Part shown: positions 1-12,057 of the stretch, one piece after another
Layout of the letters: every line of letters starts with the position of its first letter
Numbering within the stretch: the first letter of the stretch is position 1
NCBI GenBank assembly: GCA_965219085.1
Contig: OZ244720.1
Location: 1,408,001-1,472,000 of the forward strand
Reading direction: 5' to 3'
Origin: Dehalococcoidia bacterium
GTDB taxonomy: Bacteria; Chloroflexota; Dehalococcoidia; UBA2979
Length of the DNA stretch: 64,000 nucleotides
Made by a program: the position numbers and the translations under genes
Notes under the pieces: generated by a model
Seen by the model: only the letters and a program-made list of their open reading frames with translations
The model's database searches: none
Told to the model about the DNA's origin: nothing

Positions 1-407
1 TCGGTCGGGATCGCCTCGACGCCCACCGCTGCGAGGGTCTCGACGAACTTCTGGCGGACGAGGCGGATGCCCTCGACCCACTGGTGTCCCGCGAGGTCCG
101 CGTCAACGTTGCCGAGCGCGAGGTCGAGGTCGTCGAGCAGCGGCAGGTAGCGCCGCACCGTGTCTGCGAGCGTGTTGCGGGCGCGCTCGGCCCAGTGTTG
201 CTCGGAGCGCCGGCGGTAGTTGAGGTGGTCGGCGAGGGCGCGCGCGTGCGCGTCCTTGAGCTCGGCGACCTCTGCCTCGAGGGCCGCGATACGCTCGGCG
301 TCGGTGAGCGGTTCGGTCTCGGCGTCGGTGGCGTCGGCCGCGGCGCCGGTGACATCGGCGGGAGCGTCGACGGCTGCAAGCGGCTGTTCGGCGTCGTCGG
401 GGGACAG
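1..407 (-). CDS. grpE: Nucleotide exchange factor GrpE (runs off window edge; start uncertain, possibly CTG at 407)
   Basis: Manual minus-strand translation ...LEAEVAELKDAHARALADHLNYRRRSEQ...YLPLLDDLDLAL...WVEGIRLVRQKFVETLAAVGVEAIPT; directly downstream of hrcA. Confidence 0.88.
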   Translation of the reverse strand, partial: MSPDDAEQPLAAVDAPADVTGAAADATDAETEPLTDAERIAALEAEVAELKDAHARALADHLNYRRRSEQHWAERARNTLADTVRRYLPLLDDLDLALGNVDADLAGHQWVEGIRLVRQKFVETLAAVGVEAIPT

Positions 408-451
408 AGTCGTGACCTTTCCGTATGCGATGGGTGGGACGAGCGCGGCGG

Positions 452-1465
452 CTAGCCCTCGACCTCCTGCAGGAGGTCCGAGATGAGCGAGGAGAAGTAA
501 CGGACGCGCGGGATCGTGCGCCCGTAGCGCATGCGCGTCGGCCCGAGCACGGCGACCGTGCCGGTGGCCCCCTCGGGGCCGTCGAAAGCCGACACCACCA
601 CCGTCCACTCCTGCAACCATTCGTCAGGGTTCTCGTCGCCGATCAGGATGCGCGCGCCGGCCTCGGGCGTGTCGGTCGCGCGCAGCGCGCCCCGCAGGTG
701 GTACGCCTCCAGGTGCTGCACCGCGTCCAGGATGCGCTCGGTGGAATCGAACTCCGGCTGCTCGAGCGCGGGACGGACGCCGGCGATGTACAACTCGGTG
801 TCCGCATCGTGCTCGTCGAGCAGCTCGGCGATGTCGAGCGTGAGCGTGCGGTCGTACTCGTCCTGGACGTCCGGCGCCGCGGCGTACAGCGCGGCGGCGG
901 CGGCCTCCGCGCAGCGGCCATTCAAGCGCTCCGCACGCGTGTTGAGCCGGTCCTGGCTCTCCGTCTCCGGCACACCAACGATGCGCTGGCGCACGCTGCC
1001 GTCGTCGAGGACGGCGACGAGCAGCGCCGTGCCCGGGCGGAGGTGCACGAGCTGCGCGTGGCGCAGCGTCGGCAGCGGGCGCCGCGGCCGCGTCACGACC
1101 GCGACGTTGCCGACGGCAGCCGAGAGAATCGAGGCGGCGAGCCGCAGCCAGTCGTCGTAGCCGGGAGCGGCCTGGTGGAACTGGTGCTCGATCATGCGCT
1201 GCTCGGCCAGGCTCACCGGCTCCTCGGCCATCAGGCGCTCGACGTAGAAGCGGTAACCGACGTTGGAGGGCACACGGCCGGCCGAGGTGTAGGGGTGCGT
1301 GATGTACCCCTCCTCCTCGAGCCGCGCGAGTTCGTTGCGGATGGTCGCGGTCGAGAACTCGAGGTGGTGGCGGTCGACAAGCGCGCGCGAGCTGACGGGC
1401 ACGGCCGTGTCGATGTACTCATCGACAACAAGGTTCAGGATGCCGGCTCGGCGCTCGTTGAGCAC
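452..1465 (-). CDS. hrcA: Heat-inducible transcription repressor HrcA
   Basis: LNERRAGILNLVVDEYIDTAVPVSS, STATIRNELARLEEEGYITHPYTSAGRVPS, VLGPTRMRY motifs; CIRCE upstream. Confidence 0.97.
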   Translation of the reverse strand: MLNERRAGILNLVVDEYIDTAVPVSSRALVDRHHLEFSTATIRNELARLEEEGYITHPYTSAGRVPSNVGYRFYVERLMAEEPVSLAEQRMIEHQFHQAAPGYDDWLRLAASILSAAVGNVAVVTRPRRPLPTLRHAQLVHLRPGTALLVAVLDDGSVRQRIVGVPETESQDRLNTRAERLNGRCAEAAAAALYAAAPDVQDEYDRTLTLDIAELLDEHDADTELYIAGVRPALEQPEFDSTERILDAVQHLEAYHLRGALRATDTPEAGARILIGDENPDEWLQEWTVVVSAFDGPEGATGTVAVLGPTRMRYGRTIPRVRYFSSLISDLLQEVEG

Positions 1466-1504
1466 ACGCCCCTCCAGGCGGGTTTCGTGTTGACCGGGTG
1501 TGGA

Positions 1505-1531
1505 TTAGCACTCTCCCCGCGAGAGTGCTAA
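1505..1531. promoter_or_regulatory. CIRCE operator (HrcA binding site)
   Basis: Perfect TTAGCACTC-N9-GAGTGCTAA about 40 bp upstream of hrcA. Confidence 0.98.
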
Positions 1532-1628
1532 CTGGTACGATTGTAGCGACCGGCGGGTAGCCCGGTCAACGCTGGAAGACGCCTCGCGCGAGGGCTTCCG
1601 CAGCAACTGCGAGGGCGGTGCCGTCAGC

Positions 1629-2189
1629 GTGGGACAAACCACCGCAACCGGCGATACCGGGGCGCCAGAACACCCCGGCGAGCGCGATGACGACGCCTTC
1701 TCCGCGCTCTACGAGGCGCACGCCGACCGCGTGTACCGCTACCTGCTGGCGCGCACGCCGAGCCCCGCCGACGCCGAGGAGCTGACCTCGCGCACCTTCG
1801 TCAACGCCTTCACGAACCTCGGACGCTACCACGGGCGCGGTTCGTTCGAGGCGTGGCTGATGGCCATCGCCCATAACCTGCTCGCGAACTGGTACCGCGA
1901 TCGCGGGCGACGCCCGCCGACGACGCCGCTCGACGAGGCCATGAGCATCGCCTCGGACGTGCCGGGGCCGGATTCCGAGCTGGAGATGCAGGAACTGCGG
2001 GGACGGATCCGCGAGGCGACGGCCGAGCTCGCGCCCGACCGGCGGCAGCTCATCGCGCTCAAGTACGTCGACGGCCTGACGAACGCCGAGATCGGCCGCC
2101 GCATGGGCCGTAGCGAGGGCGCGATCAAGGCGCTGCACCACCGCGCGCTGCGGCAACTGGAGCAGGTGCTGGGGCCGACGCCGCCGTAG
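1629..2189 (+). CDS. ECF sigma-70 family RNA polymerase sigma factor
   Basis: Region 2 (DAEELTSRTFVNAF...FEAWLMAIAHN) and region 4 (LKYVDGLTNAEIGRRMGRSEGAIKALHHRAL). Confidence 0.92.
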   Translation: MGQTTATGDTGAPEHPGERDDDAFSALYEAHADRVYRYLLARTPSPADAEELTSRTFVNAFTNLGRYHGRGSFEAWLMAIAHNLLANWYRDRGRRPPTTPLDEAMSIASDVPGPDSELEMQELRGRIREATAELAPDRRQLIALKYVDGLTNAEIGRRMGRSEGAIKALHHRALRQLEQVLGPTPP

Positions 2190-2279
2190 CCGGTGGCGCG
2201 CTGGCAGGCGAGGCGACGCCTCGCTACGATCGACGCTGTAACGGGGCTGCTGCCCCGCTCCCCTTGAGGACGGTACGCC

Positions 2280-2936
2280 GTGGACATCAGTTGGCTCGGG
2301 CATGCCTGCGTGCGCGTCCGGACGCGCCAGGCGGCCGTGGTGATGGACCCCGCCGACCGGTCGGCGGGCTTCGACATGGGCCGGCCCACCGCCGACATCG
2401 TGACCGTGAGCCGCCACCACCCGCACCACGGCCACAGCGGCGGCGTGCGCGGCCAGCCGATCGTGATCGACGGGCCGGGCGAGTACGAGATCAGCGGCGT
2501 GCAGGTCTTCGGCATCGCCAGCCCGCTCCCGGCCGCCGACGACGCAGACGGGCCTCCCGACCCTGCGGCGAGACGCAACACCGCCTTCCTCGTGGAGGCC
2601 GAGGGCATGCACCTCGCGCACCTCGGGAGCGGCTGCCAGCCACCGGCCGCGGAAGCTGAACTCCTGAGCAACGTCGACATTCTCATCCTCGCCATCACCG
2701 GCGAGGAGCACACCGATCCCGCGGTCGCGGCGCGCACCGTGCGCGACCTCGAGCCGAAGATCGTCATCCCCGTGGGCTACGGCGGGCCGAACGGGCGCGA
2801 GAAGCAGAGCCCGCTGGGCGCGTTCCTCGAAGCCACCGGGCTGACCGTCGAGGATCCACAGGCACGGCTCAGCATCCAGCGTCGCGGCCTGGGCGAGCAG
2901 CAGCGCGTCGTGCTGCTGGAGCCGAGCCGGCAGTAA
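2280..2936 (+). CDS. MBL-fold metallo-hydrolase (Lactamase_B_3-like)
   Basis: ISWLGHACV, ADIVTVSRHHPHH, IDGPGEYEISGV, HLG, LEPKIVIP. Confidence 0.85.
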   Translation: MDISWLGHACVRVRTRQAAVVMDPADRSAGFDMGRPTADIVTVSRHHPHHGHSGGVRGQPIVIDGPGEYEISGVQVFGIASPLPAADDADGPPDPAARRNTAFLVEAEGMHLAHLGSGCQPPAAEAELLSNVDILILAITGEEHTDPAVAARTVRDLEPKIVIPVGYGGPNGREKQSPLGAFLEATGLTVEDPQARLSIQRRGLGEQQRVVLLEPSRQ

Positions 2937-2954
2937 CGCCTACGTCGAACCCGC

Positions 2955-4205
2955 CTACGGCGGCAGGAAGTTGAGCGGGTTCTGCGGTGTCCCGTTGCGC
3001 CGGATCTCGAAGTGCAGGTGCGGACCCGTCGATGCGCCCGTCGAACCGCTGTAGCCGATGAGGTCGCCCTGCTCCACCCACTCGCCGAGGCTCACGGCGA
3101 AGCGGCTGAAGTGTCCGTAGCGCGTCGTGAACGTCTGGTCGTGCTTGATGATCACGTGGTAGCCGTATGAGCAGCACGGGTGGCCGCCCACGAACGTCAC
3201 CTGGCCCGCAGCCGACGCGACAACCGGCGTGCCTCTCGGCATCCCGATGTCGATGCCGAGCGGATGGCTCGGGCGGAACCACGACGTCATCTGGCTCTGG
3301 CCCCCGGCTGGCCAGATGAAGCCATAGGTTGACCCCGTCACCGTGGGCGTCGGCGTTGCCACCGCAGGCGCGGGGGTCTGGGTGGGTGTCGGCGAGGGCG
3401 TCGGCGTAGCGACCACGCTCGCGGGCTGCGGGGTCGGTGTCGGCGTGCGCGTCGAGGGCGGGGTCGGTGTCGGCGTACGCGGCGGGGGCGGTGGTGGTGG
3501 CGGCGCGATGATGCGGCCGCCGGGGACGAGAATGGTCGAACCCTCACGCACCGCGTTCACGTCGGTGAGGTTGTTCGCGGCGAACGCGACGATCTCGTTG
3601 ATGTCGGCTTCGTAGGTCTCGGCGATCTCGATCAGCGTCTCGTGGAGGCGCACGTCGTGAATGATGCCCCCGACGCTCGGGATCTGGAGCATCTGGCCCG
3701 GCGTGAGCAGGTCCGCGTCGGGCAGGATGTCGATGTTATTCCACATGATGTAGTCGGCGTCGATACCGAAGCGCAGTGCGATGCCGATCACCGTGTCGTT
3801 CTGCTGGATTTCGTAGCGGTAGAAGATCGGGAGTTGCCTCTCCGGACGCGGGGTCGGCTCCGGGTCCGGCGCCTCCGTCGCGGCCGGATCCGGAGCGGCG
3901 GCGGGCCCCGGTCCCGGCGTGGGTGTGGCTGGCCCCGGCGTCGAGGTCGGCGCGATAGGTGTGGGCGTCGGCGGCGGATCCGCCTCGGGCTTCGCAGGCT
4001 CGGCGACTCCGCCGAGGCCGGGCAACGACATCACCTCGGCGCGGAGCACGGGCTCGCGCGGCGCGGAGCGCACGGTGCGCGGGAAGAACCCCACGACGAT
4101 CACGACGGCCACCAGCAGCAGCACGACGCCGCCCTGCACGAGCGCGTCGCTCTGCAGGGCGCGGCCCGTTGCGGAGGCGGCCCCGCGACGCCGCGCGCGC
4201 AGCAA
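2955..4205 (-). CDS. LysM + M23 peptidase (peptidoglycan DD-endopeptidase) with N-terminal TM and Pro/Thr linkers
   Basis: Two LysM repeats, FIWP...HPLGIDI, TRYGH, GSTGASTGPHLHFEIR. Confidence 0.9.
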   Translation of the reverse strand: MLRARRRGAASATGRALQSDALVQGGVVLLLVAVVIVVGFFPRTVRSAPREPVLRAEVMSLPGLGGVAEPAKPEADPPPTPTPIAPTSTPGPATPTPGPGPAAAPDPAATEAPDPEPTPRPERQLPIFYRYEIQQNDTVIGIALRFGIDADYIMWNNIDILPDADLLTPGQMLQIPSVGGIIHDVRLHETLIEIAETYEADINEIVAFAANNLTDVNAVREGSTILVPGGRIIAPPPPPPPPRTPTPTPPSTRTPTPTPQPASVVATPTPSPTPTQTPAPAVATPTPTVTGSTYGFIWPAGGQSQMTSWFRPSHPLGIDIGMPRGTPVVASAAGQVTFVGGHPCCSYGYHVIIKHDQTFTTRYGHFSRFAVSLGEWVEQGDLIGYSGSTGASTGPHLHFEIRRNGTPQNPLNFLPP

Positions 4206-4428
4206 CGCGCGCGCGCGGCGAGGGTTGGGTGGAGGAGTGATCAGGCCGCTGATACTCGATCGCCCCCCTGGTGGGCGTCGCGTCGACCGCGAACGCGACG
4301 CCGGACGCCCGGAACGACAGCACTCCCGGAGAGTCTACCAACCGGGGACACATGATCGATGCCCCGCAGGGGCGCTCCGAGTATCCGGATCTTGTTTGGG
4401 CTGACGGGTCCGCGCGGCGCGCGGGCGG

Positions 4429-5820
<1,392 letters not shown>

Positions 5821-6154
5821 GTGCCTACTTGTGTCGCATCACGTGCGAAGCGGAGGGGGATGTGGTGTGGACAAGGTGTTGCCCGGTTACGATTGTAACG
5901 CACCACTCCCGGCGTGAACACCCCCCGTTACACCTGAAGCCTCACTTCTCGCAACGCCCCTGCTAGCATGCGCCAAGCGTCGACCGCGCGAGGCGGCCTC
6001 CTGCGAGTCGACTAGGGTTGTCGATCAGAGCCGTCGGCATGAGAGGTGAGAACACTTGTGCTATCATTGAAGGAGTCCACACTTCAGTCCTAGGAGCACA
6101 TGATCGGTTGACGTGCATACTCGGTCGATCATATCCTTCGTCAAGGAGCTTCTC

Positions 6155-6553
6155 ATGCCGGAAAGCGCAATTGATCAACTCCGTCGCGAGATGACCACCC
6201 GGTACTCGTACTTGGACGTCCTAGCGCTCGCCCTCGCGAAGTCCGAGGTTCAGGCCTTCACGGGTGACAGCCTGCGTTGGTCGGAGGCAGTCCGTGAGAT
6301 GCGCGCCAAGTACCCGGAACTACTGTCCGGGATCTGGTTCTCCGAGCGCGGCTACAGTGAGCAATTGGAGGATTTCTTCCGAGTCATGGCCCGCGCTGGC
6401 GCGCTTTCGTTCGCGAATCCCCGATATGAGCGAATCGACATGGCACCTGAGGCGCCTCGCCTCATTGAGGAAGGAGCCCCGGAGGCCTTGCGAGATCACG
6501 AGGAGCCCATCCGGGTCATTGCCAGGCGCCTTGCGGAACTCAAGCTCGGATAG
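6155..6553 (+). CDS. Hypothetical protein, possibly YwgA/Panacea-like winged helix
   Basis: AAGGAG RBS before ATG 6155; FSERGYSEQLEDFFRVMARAGAL resembles the GPYSxxLxxxLxxLxxxG motif; ends 10 bp before the HD gene. Confidence 0.6.
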   Translation: MPESAIDQLRREMTTRYSYLDVLALALAKSEVQAFTGDSLRWSEAVREMRAKYPELLSGIWFSERGYSEQLEDFFRVMARAGALSFANPRYERIDMAPEAPRLIEEGAPEALRDHEEPIRVIARRLAELKLG

Positions 6554-6563
6554 GCGCCGCAAA

Positions 6564-8072
6564 ATGGACCTAGCCGAGGCTACACGCGACGTCGACGAGT
6601 ACGTCGCTGAGACTCTCGGCGACTACCAGGTCCGTCCAGTTACTGAACCCAAGGTCATCCGCGACGCGGTTTATGGGTTCCAGCGCTTTCATCCGCATGA
6701 GCTCGCGATAATCGACTCCCCTATCCTCCAGAGGCTTCGCGGAGTGCATCAGACAGCGTTGAGCTATCTCGTATATCCATCGGCCAATCACACGCGCTTT
6801 GAACATTCGCTGGGAGTTGCAACAAAGGCTGAGCAGTTGGCAATCGCCCTTCGCGCGGCGCCATCACGTCCGGAGGTGTCAGAGACACGGATCTTGGAGT
6901 TACGCTTGGCCGGCCTCTTACATGACACGGGCCACGGACTATTCTCTCACTTGACCGAATCGATATTCAGTGACCGACATCCAGAGCTCGTGGACGATGT
7001 GAAGAAGAGCAGCGAGTTCGCCGAGAAGACAAACCTGGGGGAAGCGCTATCGGCGCTAATCGTCCGTTCGCCGAGCTTTCGCGAGCTGCTCGATGATACG
7101 CGATCAGCCTACAAGGACATGGACGGGCTGAGTGGCGTAACGGCGGACGGGATCGCCGAGCTCATACTCGGAAAGACTTCCAATCCTCACGAGCAATATC
7201 TGGCTGACATCATTAGTGGTCCATTCGACGCCGACAAGCTCGATTACTTGGGTCGGGACTGCCACTTCACTGGGATTCGAGCCGAGGTAGATTGGGAGCG
7301 CATTACACACGCGCTCGAAGTCTACGAGCGCGACGGGCGGAGAGAGCTAGCTGTGCGGCACCCCGCCGTTCCGCACCTCGAGCAGATCTTGTTCAGCAAG
7401 ATGATGCTGTATTCGGCTGTGTATCACCATCACAAGATCCGGGCATTAGAGCAGATGGTACAAGCAACCTTTGAAGTCGCTCGGGACCACAGCGCGGGCC
7501 TCACTGAGCCACTCTTCGCGCTCCAGAAGCTCTCCGACATGTGGCGGCTCTCGGAAGCTGGGTTCTTTGTTCTGGGCGAACGCGAGCCAGCGATCGCCGA
7601 TCGGGTCAGAGCAATCAGAGACCGCCACCTCGTGCAGCGGGCACTGTTACTGAATATCGCTACAATCAAGAAGAACCCAGCCAATATCGAGTTTCAGAAG
7701 CTGTTTGCCGATCCGCGAGGGTCGGAGACAGCGCGCCGGTTAGAGAGAGCTGTTCGCGACGAACTCCCACCCGAGTTCCGGGGTAGGCTCGCCGAACACG
7801 ACATTCGATTCGATTTCCCGCGCTCACCCAAGCTCAGCGAGGACGCAGAACAGTGCAACGTCCTCGTGAGCCCGGGAGTTGCCCAAACCCTGAAGACCTT
7901 CTTCCCGACCGAGGACTGGGTAGCCAGCTACGCTGATAACAAGCTCACCTCCCATGTGTTCGCAGCGGGGAACCTTGAGACCCGGACAGGAGTCGCCGAT
8001 GCGGCGCAGCGTGTCCTACAGGATCTCTACCGCTTGGAACTCGACCTGACCGCGCGGCGGGCGCTGAAATGA
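6564..8072 (+). CDS. HD-domain phosphohydrolase, SAMHD1/YwfO-like dNTP triphosphohydrolase
   Basis: IRDAVYG, LQRLRGVHQ, VYPSANHTRFEHSLGV, LLHDTGHGLFSH, DADKLDYLGRD, LYSAVYHHHK; start taken at ATG 6564. Confidence 0.9.
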   Translation: MDLAEATRDVDEYVAETLGDYQVRPVTEPKVIRDAVYGFQRFHPHELAIIDSPILQRLRGVHQTALSYLVYPSANHTRFEHSLGVATKAEQLAIALRAAPSRPEVSETRILELRLAGLLHDTGHGLFSHLTESIFSDRHPELVDDVKKSSEFAEKTNLGEALSALIVRSPSFRELLDDTRSAYKDMDGLSGVTADGIAELILGKTSNPHEQYLADIISGPFDADKLDYLGRDCHFTGIRAEVDWERITHALEVYERDGRRELAVRHPAVPHLEQILFSKMMLYSAVYHHHKIRALEQMVQATFEVARDHSAGLTEPLFALQKLSDMWRLSEAGFFVLGEREPAIADRVRAIRDRHLVQRALLLNIATIKKNPANIEFQKLFADPRGSETARRLERAVRDELPPEFRGRLAEHDIRFDFPRSPKLSEDAEQCNVLVSPGVAQTLKTFFPTEDWVASYADNKLTSHVFAAGNLETRTGVADAAQRVLQDLYRLELDLTARRALK

Positions 8073-8168
8073 TCTCGCTCCCTGACTCGGCAGCCTGACC
8101 AATTACTGAGTCCGCGCAACCGGTGCTGGGCTTCTGAACGGGATCTTGGGGGAGCGCCGCAGCGCCGC

Positions 8169-8816
8169 CTACACCGGCGTGTATTTGGCGGCGTCTGCCA
8201 GGAAGCGCTGGATCCCCACGTCCGTGAGCGGGTGGTGGATCAACTGGAACAGCACCTTCGGCGGCAGCGTCGCGATGTGCGAGCCCGCCAGCGCGGCCTC
8301 TGTCACGTGTCGCGTGTGGCGCACCGACGCCGCGAGGATCTGGCTCGGCAGGTGGTACGTCTCCATGATCCGCACCGACTCGCGCACCACCTCCATGCCG
8401 TCCTGCCCGCCGTCGTCGATGCGGCCGACGAACGGCGAGATGAGCGTCGCGCCGGCGCGCGCGGCGAGCAGCGCCTGGTTCGCCGAGAACACGAGCGTGC
8501 AGTTCGTACTGATGCCTTCCGCCGACAGCCGGCTGATGGCGGCGAGCCCCGCCTCCGACATCGCCACCTTCACCACGACGTTCTCGTGCCACGAGGCGAT
8601 GCGACGCCCCTCCTCGACGAGCTCGTCGGCCGTCTCCGAGATCGTCTCGGCGGAGATGGGGCCGTCGACGACCTCGCAGATCTCCAGCACGCGGTCGCGG
8701 TACTCGACGCCTTCGGCAGCGACGAGCGAGGGGTTGGTGGTGACCCCGTCGACGACGCCCATGGCGGCGCCGCGGCGGATCTCATCGATGTTCGCGGTGT
8801 CCAGGAAGATGCGCAT
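8169..8816 (-). CDS. tal: Transaldolase / fructose-6-phosphate aldolase (FSA/TalC family)
   Basis: MRIFLDTAN, GVTTNPSL, VVVK, NCTLVFS, SPFVGRIDD, HPLTDVGIQRF. Confidence 0.93.
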   Translation of the reverse strand: MRIFLDTANIDEIRRGAAMGVVDGVTTNPSLVAAEGVEYRDRVLEICEVVDGPISAETISETADELVEEGRRIASWHENVVVKVAMSEAGLAAISRLSAEGISTNCTLVFSANQALLAARAGATLISPFVGRIDDGGQDGMEVVRESVRIMETYHLPSQILAASVRHTRHVTEAALAGSHIATLPPKVLFQLIHHPLTDVGIQRFLADAAKYTPV

Positions 8817-8893
8817 TCGGGCAGGCTCCTCGGTGTGCTACGCGCGGACTCGTACGCTCAACGCCGGCGCCGGCGCGGTGGGCCGCGGCGCCA

Positions 8894-9361
8894 TTAGAAC
8901 GGCTTCGCGATCGCGAACCACGTCATGACCGGCACGCTGATCACCATCAGGGTGCCAAACACTACTGGCACGCGGTCGTCGAGGGCGTCCTGCAACTCCT
9001 CGGTCATCTCGCCGCGCTTCTGCGCCTGCAGCGCAAGCAGCCGCACGCGACGCAGGCCGACGCCCAACAGCGGCAAGAAGATAAAGACATTCACGATGAA
9101 CAGCACCTCCAGGGCGAGCAGCCACCCCGTGGTGATCAGGTTCGTGTTGTCCGAGGCCGCCCACGCGAACCCGCTGAGCCCGGTGGCGAGCAGCCCCGAG
9201 AGCAGCCAGCGCGTCTCCGCCTGCGCCGCCTCGGTCAGCATCACGGCGCGCGTCTCGAGGTCGTCGGCGCCCCACGCGCGCCAGATCGGCACCATCACCG
9301 CCCCGAGGCCAGCCATCATCCAGAACAGCGCGAGCACGTGAAGCAGGCGGAACAGGTCCAT
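8894..9361 (-). CDS. DUF2269-like integral membrane protein
   Basis: LLHVLA start, four hydrophobic helices, C-terminal KPF. Confidence 0.7.
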   Translation of the reverse strand: MDLFRLLHVLALFWMMAGLGAVMVPIWRAWGADDLETRAVMLTEAAQAETRWLLSGLLATGLSGFAWAASDNTNLITTGWLLALEVLFIVNVFIFLPLLGVGLRRVRLLALQAQKRGEMTEELQDALDDRVPVVFGTLMVISVPVMTWFAIAKPF

Positions 9362-9443
9362 CGGCTACCGCTCGCCCCTCGTGTGTGGTCCGTCGCGCCC
9401 TGGTCGACGTCGACTCCGAGTGTAGGCGCGCCCGCGCGGACGG

Positions 9444-11078
<1,635 letters not shown>

Positions 11079-11153
11079 CACCCCTCGGTCCATCGGGGAG
11101 GACACGGTTCATATTCTGCGCGGGCCGGGGGTGTGTCAACGAGGGACGGGAGC

Positions 11154-11756
11154 CTACAGGTAGTCAGTGTGGTCTCGCACTGACAGGTAGTCGTCGTAGT
11201 TGAGGTAATGGACCCACGTCGTTCGCTCCCCGCGGGCCGTCAGCGCGCGATTAGATCCTGGCCCGCGCCATGCCGCAGCCTCAGCTCGCGGGTATCGTTG
11301 AAAGCGATCAGTCACGAATTCGAGCGCGGGCCTGAGGTCGGTGTCGGTCGAGAAGATGACGCCGACGTCATAGCTGCGATCGATGGCGCCGGCTATGAAG
11401 TCGATCGCGAGCTCTACATCCACGCCCTTCTGCTCCGCGCGCCTCTGCGGCCAATCGCCGGGGTAGCGGAGAGTTCTCGGCACGACCACCGCGCCCAAGC
11501 GCTCCCATGCCTCACACTGACGCATGTGCGCGCCGTACGTCTTCGGGTCCTTGGTCGAGTCGGGGCGGCCTGTGTAGATTCGTACCTCACCGAGTACGCG
11601 AGTGTGGTCTGGCGGAGGTCGACTACAGATGAGTTCGCCGAGCGCCATCGGGTCGACCTGGCCGTCGGTGTGGTAGCGGGGTCCGGTATGGAAGCTCCGT
11701 TGAGCTCCCATGTAGGCATTCTGTGCGTCGATGAACAGAACAACCCGGTCGGGCAT
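11154..11756 (-). CDS. NYN (LabA/DUF88, PIN-like) domain protein
   Basis: VLFIDAQN, EQKGVDVELAID, FSTDTDLRPA acidic motifs; start taken at ATG 11756. Confidence 0.88.
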   Translation of the reverse strand: MPDRVVLFIDAQNAYMGAQRSFHTGPRYHTDGQVDPMALGELICSRPPPDHTRVLGEVRIYTGRPDSTKDPKTYGAHMRQCEAWERLGAVVVPRTLRYPGDWPQRRAEQKGVDVELAIDFIAGAIDRSYDVGVIFSTDTDLRPALEFVTDRFQRYPRAEAAAWRGPGSNRALTARGERTTWVHYLNYDDYLSVRDHTDYL

Positions 11757-12057
11757 TGGGCACCACTCAACGAATAACCCCGCCAGTTCACCACCCGGAG
11801 GCAGTGGACGGCGGGGAGGATTAGCCCCTTGGGGCACCGACAGTCTCCGAACCAAGTCGGCGGTTTGTCAAGTTGGATCTGACAACAACCCCTCGGCTCG
11901 GCCTTGAACTTCTGCACATCCAACGTTACACCACCGGATGGTTTGCTTCGGGCGCGACCTCCTCTCGCCTCCCCGTTTCTTGCTGGCGACCCACCACCCC
12001 CGGTACGCTGACCTGACCCGCGGCAACCACGCCACGAGGCGAGGGGAGCACGCACCC

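Noticed and set aside
3340-3505. Short GGCGT/GGTGT periodic repeats
   Set aside because: They encode the Pro/Thr linker of the LysM-M23 protein
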